Positions 1 through 9,134 of a stretch of DNA of 64,000 nucleotides are shown piece after piece. Location: NCBI GenBank assembly GCA_027306855.1, contig DAHUYZ010000006.1, forward strand, positions 375 through 64,374, in the 5' to 3' direction. This DNA is from Solirubrobacterales bacterium. GTDB taxonomy: Bacteria > Actinomycetota > Thermoleophilia > Solirubrobacterales > Solirubrobacteraceae. The number at the start of each line of letters is the position of its first letter. Position 1 is the stretch's first letter. The notes below the pieces were generated by a model. The model did no database searches, was not told where the DNA came from, and saw only the letters and a program-made list of their open reading frames with translations. The translations under genes and the position numbers were made by a program.

Positions 1-1
1 C

Positions 2-374
2 GGTGTCGTGCTCACCCATGACTGCGAGATCGATAAGGACGACAAGCAGCGTGGGAGCATTCTCGTCGGGTTGGTGCGCCCGCTCAGCTCCGTGAGCGGC
101 GAAGAGAACCAGGAGGGCATCCGCCAGTACACTCGGCACCGAGCCTTCTACCTGCCCGCAAACGCCCCTCCCCCTGCCAGCGAGGGGAACCAAGCGCCTC
201 CCTACCTGGCCGAGGACGGCTATGTCGACCTGCGTCGGATCACGTCGGTCAGGACTCGAGCGCAAGGCGGGAATGAACGAAGATGGCCGACTGATGCTTC
301 AAGAGCATCTGTTCCGCTTCTTTACACGGCGCTTGCTGCCTGAGGGTTGGAGCGAGTGGGAGAGCGAGGAGTAA
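2..374 (+). pseudogene. 5'-truncated by window edge; apparently frameshifted hypothetical protein, possibly PemK/MazF-like fold
   Basis: Frame 2 reads GVVLTHDCEIDK...YVDLRRITSV. A protein-like C-terminus (GLERKAGMNEDGRLMLQEHLFRFFTRRLLPEGWSEWESEE*) lies in frame 3 from ~252 to TAA 372-374, implying a frameshift near 250. The fold assignment is weak. Confidence 0.45.
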
Positions 375-602
375 CCACCGCCTAGGTTGTTCGTCATCTC
401 GATCAGCTTTGAGTACGGCAACACAACAAGCGCCACAGCCCCGCGTTAGCCTTCACCATATCTGCACATCGATCCCGGCCATCCCACCAGCCGTTGTTAG
501 GCGCGTTGGTCGCGCCTTCTGAAGCCTTACACTAAATACGTCGATGCGGAGCGAAATCTTGAGCAGGCTATGCGTACTGCTATCGCGAGATAGCTGACTC
601 GC

Positions 603-1186
603 CTATATCCCGTCTACCGAAATGAACTCATGGACGATACCCATAGCAAGTGCATCGGCAGCACTGATGGGCTGACCTTGGCGCACAAGTGTTTCGAATT
701 CAGGGCCGCTCAGCCTAGTGCGCTCTTCGAAGATCTGCCGCACCTCGCTTTCCCTTTCTCAAGGTAGGTGATCCTTTCGCTTATTTCCCCCACGCGTAGC
801 TGATCACCTTGGCGTTCAAATCGCGTACGAGCTCTACGCCAGGCTCCAACATCCATCGGCACCAGTGTGTCCGTGGACTCAATCGCATGCACAAGAAACG
901 TCGCCTCGGGGAAGGCAAGTCGCTTGTCGCCTGCCAGATACAGCATGAGTGCCATCGAGTCGACTTCATTGACCGCTCGGGTCACAAGTTCGAAGGGTGT
1001 CGAGCGAAGCGCGCGGTATAGACGCAATGAGGGGGTGACTTTGCCCCCCGGCGAGGATATGTCCAGGATTACGCGTTCAGCGCCTTGGTAGGTGCGTTCG
1101 ACCATCTTCGCGGTGAGAGCTTCGCTGCTCGAAAGATCGATTTCACCCGAGAATGCTTCGTAGATTTCACCTGATGTGCCTTCCAC
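603..1186 (-). pseudogene. ClpP-like serine protease, frameshifted near 755
   Basis: ISSPGG, DSMA (catalytic Ser) and FLVHA (His) motifs. The ClpP-type C-terminus (IFEERTRLS...ISAADALAMGIVHE) continues in the -1 frame to TAG 603-605. GTG start at 1186 is 7 nt after TATAAT. Confidence 0.75.
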
Positions 1187-1193
1187 GGTACCT

Positions 1194-1199
1194 ATTATA
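1194..1199 (-). promoter_or_regulatory. -10 hexamer TATAAT, leaderless-type promoter for the ClpP-like gene
   Basis: Perfect consensus 7 nt upstream of GTG at 1186. Confidence 0.6.
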
Positions 1200-1302
1200 G
1201 CGCCTGCGGTGGCCAAAACCGGAATATGCGGACCGGTCGTCAACGAAGTCCGGTCGACGTGGTATACACCCGGTGAGCAGACTTTCGAGACAGGAGCATA
1301 GA

Positions 1303-1593
1303 ATGACAGATGCAGAAGATGATCCAAATGCAGGAGGCGAGCCCACCGGTGCTCCTAGCGAAGAGCCCAACTCGAGAGCGAGGCTCATGCACGAAGTTGC
1401 TGAGCAGATGGATGCGATCGAAGCCGATTTTCCGGATGGTTTTGAGATCGGCCGAGTCATCACGATTGTGGAGGTCAAGCAGCCTGATGGCGAGGTGGGA
1501 TTGCGAATTCGGGCCGGCCAGTATCCCTGGGTCGCGATGGGGATGCTGCGATTCGCTTTGACGAGCCTGGAAGCGGGCATCGGCAGGGGGTGA
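1303..1593 (+). CDS. Hypothetical protein (96 aa, acidic N-terminus)
   Basis: ATG preceded by GGAG RBS; protein-like composition. Confidence 0.65.
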   Translation: MTDAEDDPNAGGEPTGAPSEEPNSRARLMHEVAEQMDAIEADFPDGFEIGRVITIVEVKQPDGEVGLRIRAGQYPWVAMGMLRFALTSLEAGIGRG

Positions 1594-1660
1594 GGAGCGC
1601 GGGCAAATGATCCCGGCACAAAGAACCTCGCCCCCGTAACCTCCACTTCACCCCCAGTGC

Positions 1661-2227
1661 CTACTGGCTCGTCTCCTTTTCACCTATACCCAGCAGCGAT
1701 TCCAACCGGGGCAGTAGTCGGTAGGCAAGCCACCCGATAGCCGCGACACCACATCCGATAAATAGAAGTCGCGGGTCGGTGGGGGTCCAGCGTTTTTCTA
1801 GAAACATAAACGCGACGGTCACCCCGACTATAACGGCAGGTACGGCGACTCCGGCATATAGGGCGATCGCGGCTGGTGCACCTCTACGGCGCCAGGTGGC
1901 GAGAAAGGGCTCGAAGTGAACTAGCGAGGCGTAGATGATTAGAAAAGCGGCCGTGCCTCTGAGCATCGCGTCGACTTCGGGACCAAGCTGTCTGTGGAGC
2001 ACAACAAATAGTGATACCCACGCATAGCCTCCCATGGCAAAGGCGAAAAAGGTAATGCCGGTTTCTGCCCACAGACGCGTCGACTCAGATTGGGCGGTGA
2101 GTCGTTCCATCCACCTTAGGCGTGGTCGCGTCAGCGCCAGCATAAGCAACGTGCCGCCAACGATCGCGACTATAACATCACGAGGGTTTACGGGATGGGC
2201 AATCGTGGCTGCAGCGGTAATTGGCAT
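1661..2227 (-). CDS. Hypothetical multi-pass membrane protein
   Basis: About five hydrophobic segments; lower-GC codon usage than the core genes. Confidence 0.6.
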   Translation of the reverse strand: MPITAAATIAHPVNPRDVIVAIVGGTLLMLALTRPRLRWMERLTAQSESTRLWAETGITFFAFAMGGYAWVSLFVVLHRQLGPEVDAMLRGTAAFLIIYASLVHFEPFLATWRRRGAPAAIALYAGVAVPAVIVGVTVAFMFLEKRWTPTDPRLLFIGCGVAAIGWLAYRLLPRLESLLGIGEKETSQ

Positions 2228-2550
2228 ATACGGGCATTCGGCAACATTAGACTACTCCTTGAGCGACTATGGCTACGTAGCTTTGCCGCGCGGAAGAAAA
2301 AGGCTGTGAAAGACCCTTCAAAAGAAGGGACCAACGACCTCGGAAGTAGTAGCCAGAGCCTTGGAGACCTGGCCAAAATAGGCGCTAGACCGCCCTGAAG
2401 GTCGCCGCTTCGGCGTGTCTTAGGTTTCATCGGAATGATCGGCGCGGCCACGGCCAGGTAGTACGTCAAGACCAACCAACCAAGTCGTCGACGAGCTTTT
2501 GCAGGTCGGTCTTCAACGACTCGCTCGAGCGGTCGCAGACGCGGCGCTTG

Positions 2551-2610
2551 CAGAGGATTGCCCGCAGCGCCCACGATCCCCCTTGGTGCGCTCGTGGGCG
2601 CAGGCACTCT
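2551..2610. other. Imperfect hairpin at the accessory/core boundary upstream of tkt
   Basis: CAGAG/CTCTG, TGCC/GGCA and a perfect 10-bp GCGCCCACGA/TCGTGGGCGC stem. Confidence 0.45.
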
Positions 2611-2688
2611 GTCGGGGGCCTGCCGCCAAGCAAACGCCGCCCTACGCGGGCTGACTACCCGCGCCCCAGGCGGGTAGGATCGCACTCG

Positions 2689-4707
2689 ATGCCCGCCACC
2701 AGCGGAGAGGACGTTCGCAGGCTCTCGATCGACACGATCAGAGGCCTCGCCATGGACGCGGTTCAGAAGGCGAACGCCGGCCATCCCGGCACGGCGATGG
2801 CGCTCGCCCCGCTCGCCTACACGCTCTACCGCGACGTCCTGCGCCTCGACCCCGCCGACCCAAGCTGGCCCGGGCGCGACCGCTTCGTGCTGTCCGCCGG
2901 GCACGCCTGCATCCTGCAGTACTCGCTGCTCCATCTCTGCGGCTTCGACCTCTCGCTCGATGACCTGAAGAGCTTCCGCCAGTGGGGCTCGCGCACACCC
3001 GGCCATCCCGAGCGCGGCCACACCCCGGGCATCGAGGTCACGACCGGGCCCCTGGGCCAGGGCATCTCAAACGCCGTCGGCCTGGCGATGGCCGAGCGCT
3101 TTCTGGCCGAGCGCTACAACCGCCCCGGCTGCGAGCTCGTCGACCACCACACATATGTGATCTGCTCGGACGGTGATCTCATGGAGGGCGTATCTCAGGA
3201 GGCCGCCTCGATCGCCGGGCACCTCGGTCTTGGCAAGCTGATCGTCTGCTACGACGACAACCGCATCACGATCGACGGCTCGACTTCGATCTCCTTCGAC
3301 GGCGAGAACCACACCGCCCGCCTCGCCGCCGACGGCTGGCACGTGCAGAGCGTCGCCGACTCCGAGGACACGGCGGCGCTGCTCGCCGCTCTGACGGCCG
3401 CGCGCGAAGAAGCGCAGCGCCCCTCGTTCATCCAGATCCGCTCCCACATCGCCTACCCCGCGCCCAACGCGATCGACACCGCCAAAGCCCACGGCGCCCC
3501 GCTCGGCGAGGAGGAGGTCAGGCTGACCAAGGAAGTGATGGGCTTGCACCCCGAGCGCACCTTCCAGGTCGACGCTCAGGTCTACGAGCACATGAGCCTG
3601 CGCGAGCGCGGTGGCGCTGCCCATGCCGCCTGGCGCGAGCGCGAGCAGGCTTGGCGCAAGCGCCACCCCGAGCTTGCCGGCGAGTGGGACCTGGCGCTGC
3701 AGGGACGCCTGAGCGACGGTTGGGCGCAGGCGCTCCCTCGATTCCAGTCCACCGAGAAGATCGCGACGCGCTCGGCCGGCCAGAAGGCGATGGCCGCGTT
3801 CGCCGAGTTCGCGCCCACCATGGTCGGGGGCGCGGCCGACCTGGTCGAGTCGACCAAGACGACGTTCGAGGGCGCCGGCTACTTCTCGCGCGTGCACTGC
3901 GGGCGCAACGTCGCGTTCGGGATCCGCGAGCACGCGATGGGCGCGATCGTCAACGGGCTCGCCGCCCACGGCGGGATCGTCAAGCCGTACGGATCGACGT
4001 TCCTGATCTTCTCCGACTACATGCGCCCCAGCATCCGCCTCTCCGCGCTGATGGGGCTGCCCGTCGTGTGGGTCTTCACGCACGACTCCGTCGGCCTCGG
4101 CGAGGACGGACCCACGCACCAGCCCGTCGAGCACTTCGCGGCGCTGCGCGCTATCCCCCGGCTGTGGGTGGTCAGGCCATCCGACGCGAACGAGACTTCC
4201 GTCGCCTGGAAGGTCGCGCTGCAGCGGGCTGACGGCCCCGTCGCATTGCTGCTCTCGCGCCAGAACCTGCCCGTGTTCGACCGCTCCGAGCTTGCCTGCG
4301 CCGACGGGCTTGAGCAGGGTGGCTACGTGCTGTGGGAGTCCGGCCCCGACCCCGAGGTCGTACTGATCGCCACGGGCAGCGAGGTCGCCCCGACGCTGCA
4401 GGCGGGGCGCATGCTCTCAGAGCAGGGCACAGCGGCTCGGGTGGTGGCGATGCCGTGCGTGGAGCTGTTCGAAGCGCAACAGGCCGACTACCGCGAGAGC
4501 GTCATCCCCACCGACGTGGGCCCCCGGCTCGCGGTGGAGGCCGGCGTGAGCGCCGGCTGGTGGAAGTGGGTCGGAGATCGCGGCGGCGTGCTCGGGATCG
4601 AGCGTTTCGGAGCCTCCGCACCGGGTAGCACCGTTCTCGAGAAGTTCGGGTTCACGCCCGAGTCGATCGCCGAGCGGGCAAAGGCGCTCGTCGGCCAAAG
4701 GGTCTGA
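2689..4707 (+). CDS. tkt: Transketolase
   Basis: DAVQKANAGHPG, RDRFVLSAGH, TTGPLGQG, SDGDLMEG, FGIREHAM and THDSVGLGEDGPTHQP motifs; start chosen at ATG 2689 after TAGGAT. Confidence 0.97.
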   Translation: MPATSGEDVRRLSIDTIRGLAMDAVQKANAGHPGTAMALAPLAYTLYRDVLRLDPADPSWPGRDRFVLSAGHACILQYSLLHLCGFDLSLDDLKSFRQWGSRTPGHPERGHTPGIEVTTGPLGQGISNAVGLAMAERFLAERYNRPGCELVDHHTYVICSDGDLMEGVSQEAASIAGHLGLGKLIVCYDDNRITIDGSTSISFDGENHTARLAADGWHVQSVADSEDTAALLAALTAAREEAQRPSFIQIRSHIAYPAPNAIDTAKAHGAPLGEEEVRLTKEVMGLHPERTFQVDAQVYEHMSLRERGGAAHAAWREREQAWRKRHPELAGEWDLALQGRLSDGWAQALPRFQSTEKIATRSAGQKAMAAFAEFAPTMVGGAADLVESTKTTFEGAGYFSRVHCGRNVAFGIREHAMGAIVNGLAAHGGIVKPYGSTFLIFSDYMRPSIRLSALMGLPVVWVFTHDSVGLGEDGPTHQPVEHFAALRAIPRLWVVRPSDANETSVAWKVALQRADGPVALLLSRQNLPVFDRSELACADGLEQGGYVLWESGPDPEVVLIATGSEVAPTLQAGRMLSEQGTAARVVAMPCVELFEAQQADYRESVIPTDVGPRLAVEAGVSAGWWKWVGDRGGVLGIERFGASAPGSTVLEKFGFTPESIAERAKALVGQRV

Positions 4708-4723
4708 GCAGGGTCTCAACGAG

Positions 4724-5830
4724 ATGTCATCCAGCCGCTCACCGCTTCACTGCCTATCCGCTCTGGGTCAGAGCGTCTGGATCGACTCCCTCTCGCGCGA
4801 GTGGATCAGAGGCGGCAAGCTGTCTGAGCTGATCGACCAGGACGCCGTCGTCGGCGCCACATCGAACCCGACGATCCTCCAGAAGGCGATGAGCTCCGGC
4901 GACGCCTACGACGAGCAGCTGCGCGAGCTGGCCGGGCGCGATGCGCGCGAGGTCTTCTGGACGCTCGCCGAGCAGGACATAGGGGAGGCGTGCGACGTCT
5001 TCCGGCCCGTCTACGACACGGGTCTGGCGCGTGACGGGTACGTCTCGATCGAGGTCGATCCCAGCCTTGCGTACGACTCGCTGGCGAGCTACCGCGAGGC
5101 GATCAGGCTGCACGAGACGATCGCCCGGCCCAACCTGCTCGTCAAGATTCCCGCCACCAAGCCCGGCCTCGCCGCGATCGAGGACGCGATCGCCGCCGGG
5201 CACTCGATCAACGTCACCTTGATCTTCTCGCTGCAACGCTACGCCGAGGTCGCCGAGTCCTACATCCGTGGCCTCGAGCGCCTCGTCGCCGCGGGAGGGG
5301 ACCCTCACAAGGTCGTTTCCGTCGCGAGCTTCTTCGTCTCGCGCATCGACACCGAGGCGGACCGGCGCCTCGATGAGATCGGTGGGCACGACGAGCTGAA
5401 GGGGCGACTCGCGATCGCCAACGCCAAGCTCGCCTACCAGCACTCCCTCCAGACGTTCGGCGGCGAGCGCTTCGAAGAGCTCGCCGGCAAGGGCGCCACC
5501 CCCCAGCGCGTGCTGTGGGCGTCGACGTCGACCAAGAACCCTTCCTATCCCGACACGCTCTATGTCGATGAGCTGATCGGCCCCGACACGATCAACACGA
5601 TGCCGCTGGAGACGGTGCAGGCCTTCCAGAGCCACGGCACGCCCAAGCCGACGCTCCAGACGGGGATCGCGCAGGCGCACTCCCTCTTCGAGGAGCTGGC
5701 GCGCGCCGGCGTCGACTACGACGACGTCACCGACACGCTCGAGCGCGAGGGCGTCGAGAAGTTCGAAGCCTCTTTCTCGGAGCTCATCGACGAGCTCGCC
5801 GCTAAGCTCGGCTTACTTGCCGGCGTCTGA
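4724..5830 (+). CDS. tal: Transaldolase
   Basis: GQSVWID, GATSNPTI, LLVKIPAT, INVTLIFS and SVASFFVSRID motifs; follows tkt. Confidence 0.96.
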   Translation: MSSSRSPLHCLSALGQSVWIDSLSREWIRGGKLSELIDQDAVVGATSNPTILQKAMSSGDAYDEQLRELAGRDAREVFWTLAEQDIGEACDVFRPVYDTGLARDGYVSIEVDPSLAYDSLASYREAIRLHETIARPNLLVKIPATKPGLAAIEDAIAAGHSINVTLIFSLQRYAEVAESYIRGLERLVAAGGDPHKVVSVASFFVSRIDTEADRRLDEIGGHDELKGRLAIANAKLAYQHSLQTFGGERFEELAGKGATPQRVLWASTSTKNPSYPDTLYVDELIGPDTINTMPLETVQAFQSHGTPKPTLQTGIAQAHSLFEELARAGVDYDDVTDTLEREGVEKFEASFSELIDELAAKLGLLAGV

Positions 5831-6734
5831 ACAGCGACACCTCATCGCAGCGAGCGCACTCCTCTGTGCGGGCCTGGCGGTGCTCGCACTCGTCCTCGGT
5901 GGCGTCATCGGCCAGGTCCACGACAACGCCCTTCAGGCGCCTCCCGCCGCGCCGGCCGCCACGCCGACGCCCGCCCCCGCGGCCGCTACGTCGGTCGCGC
6001 TCGAGGGCCCCTCCCACACGCGACCCCACGAAATCGTCAACCGCCCGTCCCTCACCCCCGGCGTGAGCGCGCCCGCCATATACGAGCCCTCGGCGCCCGT
6101 GGTCCACATCTCCGCCGCCTGGGTCAGCGGCTTCTACCCGATCTACGACACCGCGCAGAAGGTCTTCGGGGTCAACTGGCTGCTGATCGCCTCGATCCAC
6201 ATGCAGGAGTCGGCCTTCTCGACCGACCCCACCACCTACCACGGCCTGAACTTCGCGCACTGCTGCGGCGGGCCGATGCAGTTCAACGTGACCAATGGTC
6301 CGGTCACCACATGGTCGCTCGTCAGCGACTCCTACGTCTATGGGCCGCGGCCCGCCTCCTACGACCACATGACCCTGCGCCACCCCTCCATCTACGACGA
6401 CTTCGACTCGATCATGGCGGCCGCGCACCTGCTGTCCGCCGACGGCGCCGGCTACGCACTCGACGCCGGCGCCTGGAACGCCGCCTACGACTACTACGGC
6501 CACGACCTCACCGGCGTGACGTACGCCGATCAGGTGCTCGCGCGCGCGATCGGCTGGTCACAACATGGCTTCTGCATCAACTGCGGCCTGGAACCGTCGA
6601 TGGTGCAAGCGGTACACGCCGCCTACGGCGCGCCCGTCGCCGCCTCCCTGGAATCGGAAGCGGCGACGGCCTCGCGAGCCAGAGCTAGGCGGCGTCCGCT
6701 TGGGCGATCAGCTCACCTGCGACCCGGTCGGTAG
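5817..6734 (+). CDS. Membrane-anchored lytic transglycosylase (SLT/lysozyme-like) domain protein
   Basis: N-terminal hydrophobic helix, Pro/Ala linker, LLIASIHMQES (catalytic Glu), GPMQF and DSIMAAAHLL motifs; start uncertain (TTG). Confidence 0.7.
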   Translation: MPASEQRHLIAASALLCAGLAVLALVLGGVIGQVHDNALQAPPAAPAATPTPAPAAATSVALEGPSHTRPHEIVNRPSLTPGVSAPAIYEPSAPVVHISAAWVSGFYPIYDTAQKVFGVNWLLIASIHMQESAFSTDPTTYHGLNFAHCCGGPMQFNVTNGPVTTWSLVSDSYVYGPRPASYDHMTLRHPSIYDDFDSIMAAAHLLSADGAGYALDAGAWNAAYDYYGHDLTGVTYADQVLARAIGWSQHGFCINCGLEPSMVQAVHAAYGAPVAASLESEAATASRARARRRPLGRSAHLRPGR

Positions 6735-7830
6735 CGCCCGCGGTCCCGCCGAGCAGCCTGCGCGAGAGCTGAGCGCGCCTGAAGTACAGCGGCGCGTCGT
6801 GCTCCCATGTGGCGCCGATTCCGCCGTGCACGGAGATCATCGCTCGCGACGCGTAATCGAGAGCGCGACCAGCCACGGAGCGCGCGGCGCTGGCGGCGAG
6901 CGGGAACTCCGCGGGCGCCCCGTTGCGTGACCAGCCCGCGTAGTAGAGCAGCGACTTGCCGTTCTCCAGTTGGCGCAGCACCTCGGTCAGCGAGTGCTTG
7001 ACCGCCTGGTATGAGCCGATCGCACGGCCGAACGTGTGGCGCTCCTTCGCGTATGCGACCGACACCTCGAGCGCCGTCTCCACGCTCCCGAGCGACTCCG
7101 CCGCGATCAGCGCCTGTGCGAGGTGCCATGCGCCGGCCAACGCCTCCAGCGACGCGTCGAGCACCGTCGCGGGCGCGTTCGTCAGCGTCACGTGCGCGAG
7201 CGAGCGCGTAGCGTCGTAGCGGCGCACCGGCTCGATCCGTACACCCTCCGCGTCGGCCATGACCACCACGCCCGCGGGCTCGCCGTCGATGAGCGCCACG
7301 CCGACAAGGGCATTCGCTCCGACGGCGTCTGGCACGAACGCATAGGCGCCGCTCAGCTTCACCTCGCCGTTCGCGTCAGGCGTCGAGCCTTCGGCAAGCC
7401 CCGGCCGCTGCGCCCCGTGCTCGGGGTCCGCGGTCCAGCGCTGCTCGACGTCGCTGGGCGGCTGCGAGGGCAGATACGCCGCTCGCCGCTCGCCGCTCGC
7501 GAGCCCTGGCAGGTACTCGGCCACCCTCGGCGCGTCGGCGAGGATCGCCGTGGCGGGCAGGTGTCCGAGCAGCGGCACGGATGCGAGCACGCGCCCGCAC
7601 TCGCCGAGCACGAGCATCGCGTCGAACGCGTCGAGTCCCGCGCCGCCGTGCTCCTCGTCGATCAACAGTCCCGGCCAGCCTGCCTCGCAGGCGGTAGGCC
7701 AAAGGTCGGGCAGGGCATTCTCGTCGCCGTCGAGCGCCTCGCGCGCCGCCTCGAGCGTCTTCACGCGCGAGAGCGTTCCACGGGCAGCCTCGCGCAGGAA
7801 CTCCTGCTCGTCTGAGAGTGCGAGATTCAT
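6685..7830 (-). CDS. Acyl-CoA dehydrogenase family protein (partner subunit type)
   Basis: MNLALSDEQEF start, ERHTFGRAIGSYQAVKH and HGGIGATWEH motifs; ATGA overlap with the upstream acyl-CoA dehydrogenase. Confidence 0.92.
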   Translation of the reverse strand: MNLALSDEQEFLREAARGTLSRVKTLEAAREALDGDENALPDLWPTACEAGWPGLLIDEEHGGAGLDAFDAMLVLGECGRVLASVPLLGHLPATAILADAPRVAEYLPGLASGERRAAYLPSQPPSDVEQRWTADPEHGAQRPGLAEGSTPDANGEVKLSGAYAFVPDAVGANALVGVALIDGEPAGVVVMADAEGVRIEPVRRYDATRSLAHVTLTNAPATVLDASLEALAGAWHLAQALIAAESLGSVETALEVSVAYAKERHTFGRAIGSYQAVKHSLTEVLRQLENGKSLLYYAGWSRNGAPAEFPLAASAARSVAGRALDYASRAMISVHGGIGATWEHDAPLYFRRAQLSRRLLGGTAGATDRVAGELIAQADAA

Positions 7831-9044
7831 GCCGCGGCTCCTTCCTTGGACCTCAACTCCGAGAACGGTATGCCCTTGTCCAAGCGCGGCTCCGGGGGCA
7901 ATCCGAGCACGCGCTCGCCGATCGTGTTGCGCAGGATCTCCTCGGTGCCGCCCGCCGACTTCAGGCCGGGCAAAAACGAGATCATGTAGGCCCACTCGCT
8001 GCTCGTGCCGAGCGCGTCTGGGCCCTGCACGTCCGCGATCAGCTCCCCCGCTTTGATCGCGCCGTTGACGATCGTCACCTTCGCGAGACCCGCCTCCGGG
8101 CCGGGGATCTGGCCGCGCTGCAGCGCAGTCAGCGTGCGGTAGCCGGTGAACCTCACCGCCAGCAGCTCGCTCGCGATCTCGCCGAGCTGCTTTCGCACCT
8201 CGGAGTCGCGCCTTGCGTGCTCGTCGGAGGCGATCCCCTTGGCGAAGCGCACCGAGTTGTAGCCGAGCCCCTCGCCGCCGAGACCGATCGTGACGCGCTC
8301 GAACATCAGCGTCGTAAGCGCCGTGCCCCAGCCGTTGCCGACGCCGCCCACCGTCGCGTCGGCGGCAAGCTCGACGTCGTCGAAGAAGACCTCGTTGAAC
8401 TCCGCCTCGCCCGATATCTGACGCAGCCCGCGGACCGTGACGCCGGGGGCGTCCATCGGCACGATGAACATCGTCAGGCCCTTGTGCTTCGGCACGTCCG
8501 CGTCGGTACGGGCGAGCAGCAGGCCATAGGAAGAGAACTGGGCGTTCGTCGTCCACACCTTCTGTCCGCTCAGCCGCCACGTGCCGTCTTGCGCCTGGCG
8601 CGCGCGTGTCTGCACCGCCGCGAGGTCCGAGCCGGCGGCGGGCTCGGAGAAGAGCTGGCACCACACCTCATCGCCGTGCAGCATCGGGCCGAGGTAGCGC
8701 CCCTTCTGCTCGTCGGAGCCGTGCGCGATGATCGTCGGTCCAAGCATCCCCACGCCGATCGCGTCGAGGATCCCCGGCACGCCGGCCTTTGCGATCTCCT
8801 GGTTGCAGATGACCTGCTCGATCGGGCCGAGCCCCTGGCCGCCGAACTCCTTCGGCCACGTCACGCCCGCAAGGCCCGCCTCGGCGAGCTTGCCCTGCCA
8901 CGCGCGCCTCGCGGCGACGATCTCGTCCTCGTCGGTGAGCGCGTCCGGCCCCGTCAGGACAGGCGCCTGCGGCTTGTTCTCCTCGAGCCAGGCTCTCACC
9001 TTCGCGCGATGCGCCGCCTGCTCGGGGGTGTCGTCAAGATCCAC
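7827..9044 (-). CDS. Acyl-CoA dehydrogenase family protein
   Basis: WCQLFSEPAAGSDLA, GQKVWTT, EFNEVFFDDV and GGTEEILRN motifs. Confidence 0.95.
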   Translation of the reverse strand: MDLDDTPEQAAHRAKVRAWLEENKPQAPVLTGPDALTDEDEIVAARRAWQGKLAEAGLAGVTWPKEFGGQGLGPIEQVICNQEIAKAGVPGILDAIGVGMLGPTIIAHGSDEQKGRYLGPMLHGDEVWCQLFSEPAAGSDLAAVQTRARQAQDGTWRLSGQKVWTTNAQFSSYGLLLARTDADVPKHKGLTMFIVPMDAPGVTVRGLRQISGEAEFNEVFFDDVELAADATVGGVGNGWGTALTTLMFERVTIGLGGEGLGYNSVRFAKGIASDEHARRDSEVRKQLGEIASELLAVRFTGYRTLTALQRGQIPGPEAGLAKVTIVNGAIKAGELIADVQGPDALGTSSEWAYMISFLPGLKSAGGTEEILRNTIGERVLGLPPEPRLDKGIPFSELRSKEGAAA

Positions 9045-9093
9045 TGAGTCTCCCTTGCCAAGTCTCCTGTGCCGGCCGGTCCCTCGGTCCTGG

Positions 9094-9109
9094 TTGACTG
9101 GCCAGTCAA
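9094..9109. promoter_or_regulatory. Perfect 16-bp palindrome TTGACTGGCCAGTCAA, probable transcription-factor operator
   Basis: Self-complementary; 50 bp upstream of the acyl-CoA dehydrogenase pair. Confidence 0.65.
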
Positions 9110-9134
9110 TTTCCTGGCGGCTAAGGGTACTCCT

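Noticed and set aside
370-505. attC-like cores GTTAGCC (~446) and GTTAGGC (~496) after a gene ending in TAAC
   Set aside because: No complementary L boxes or proper R'' partner could be paired; no integrase seen
2188-2550. Possible small ORFs between the membrane gene and tkt
   Set aside because: Overlapping candidates on both strands with no start signals or recognisable motifs
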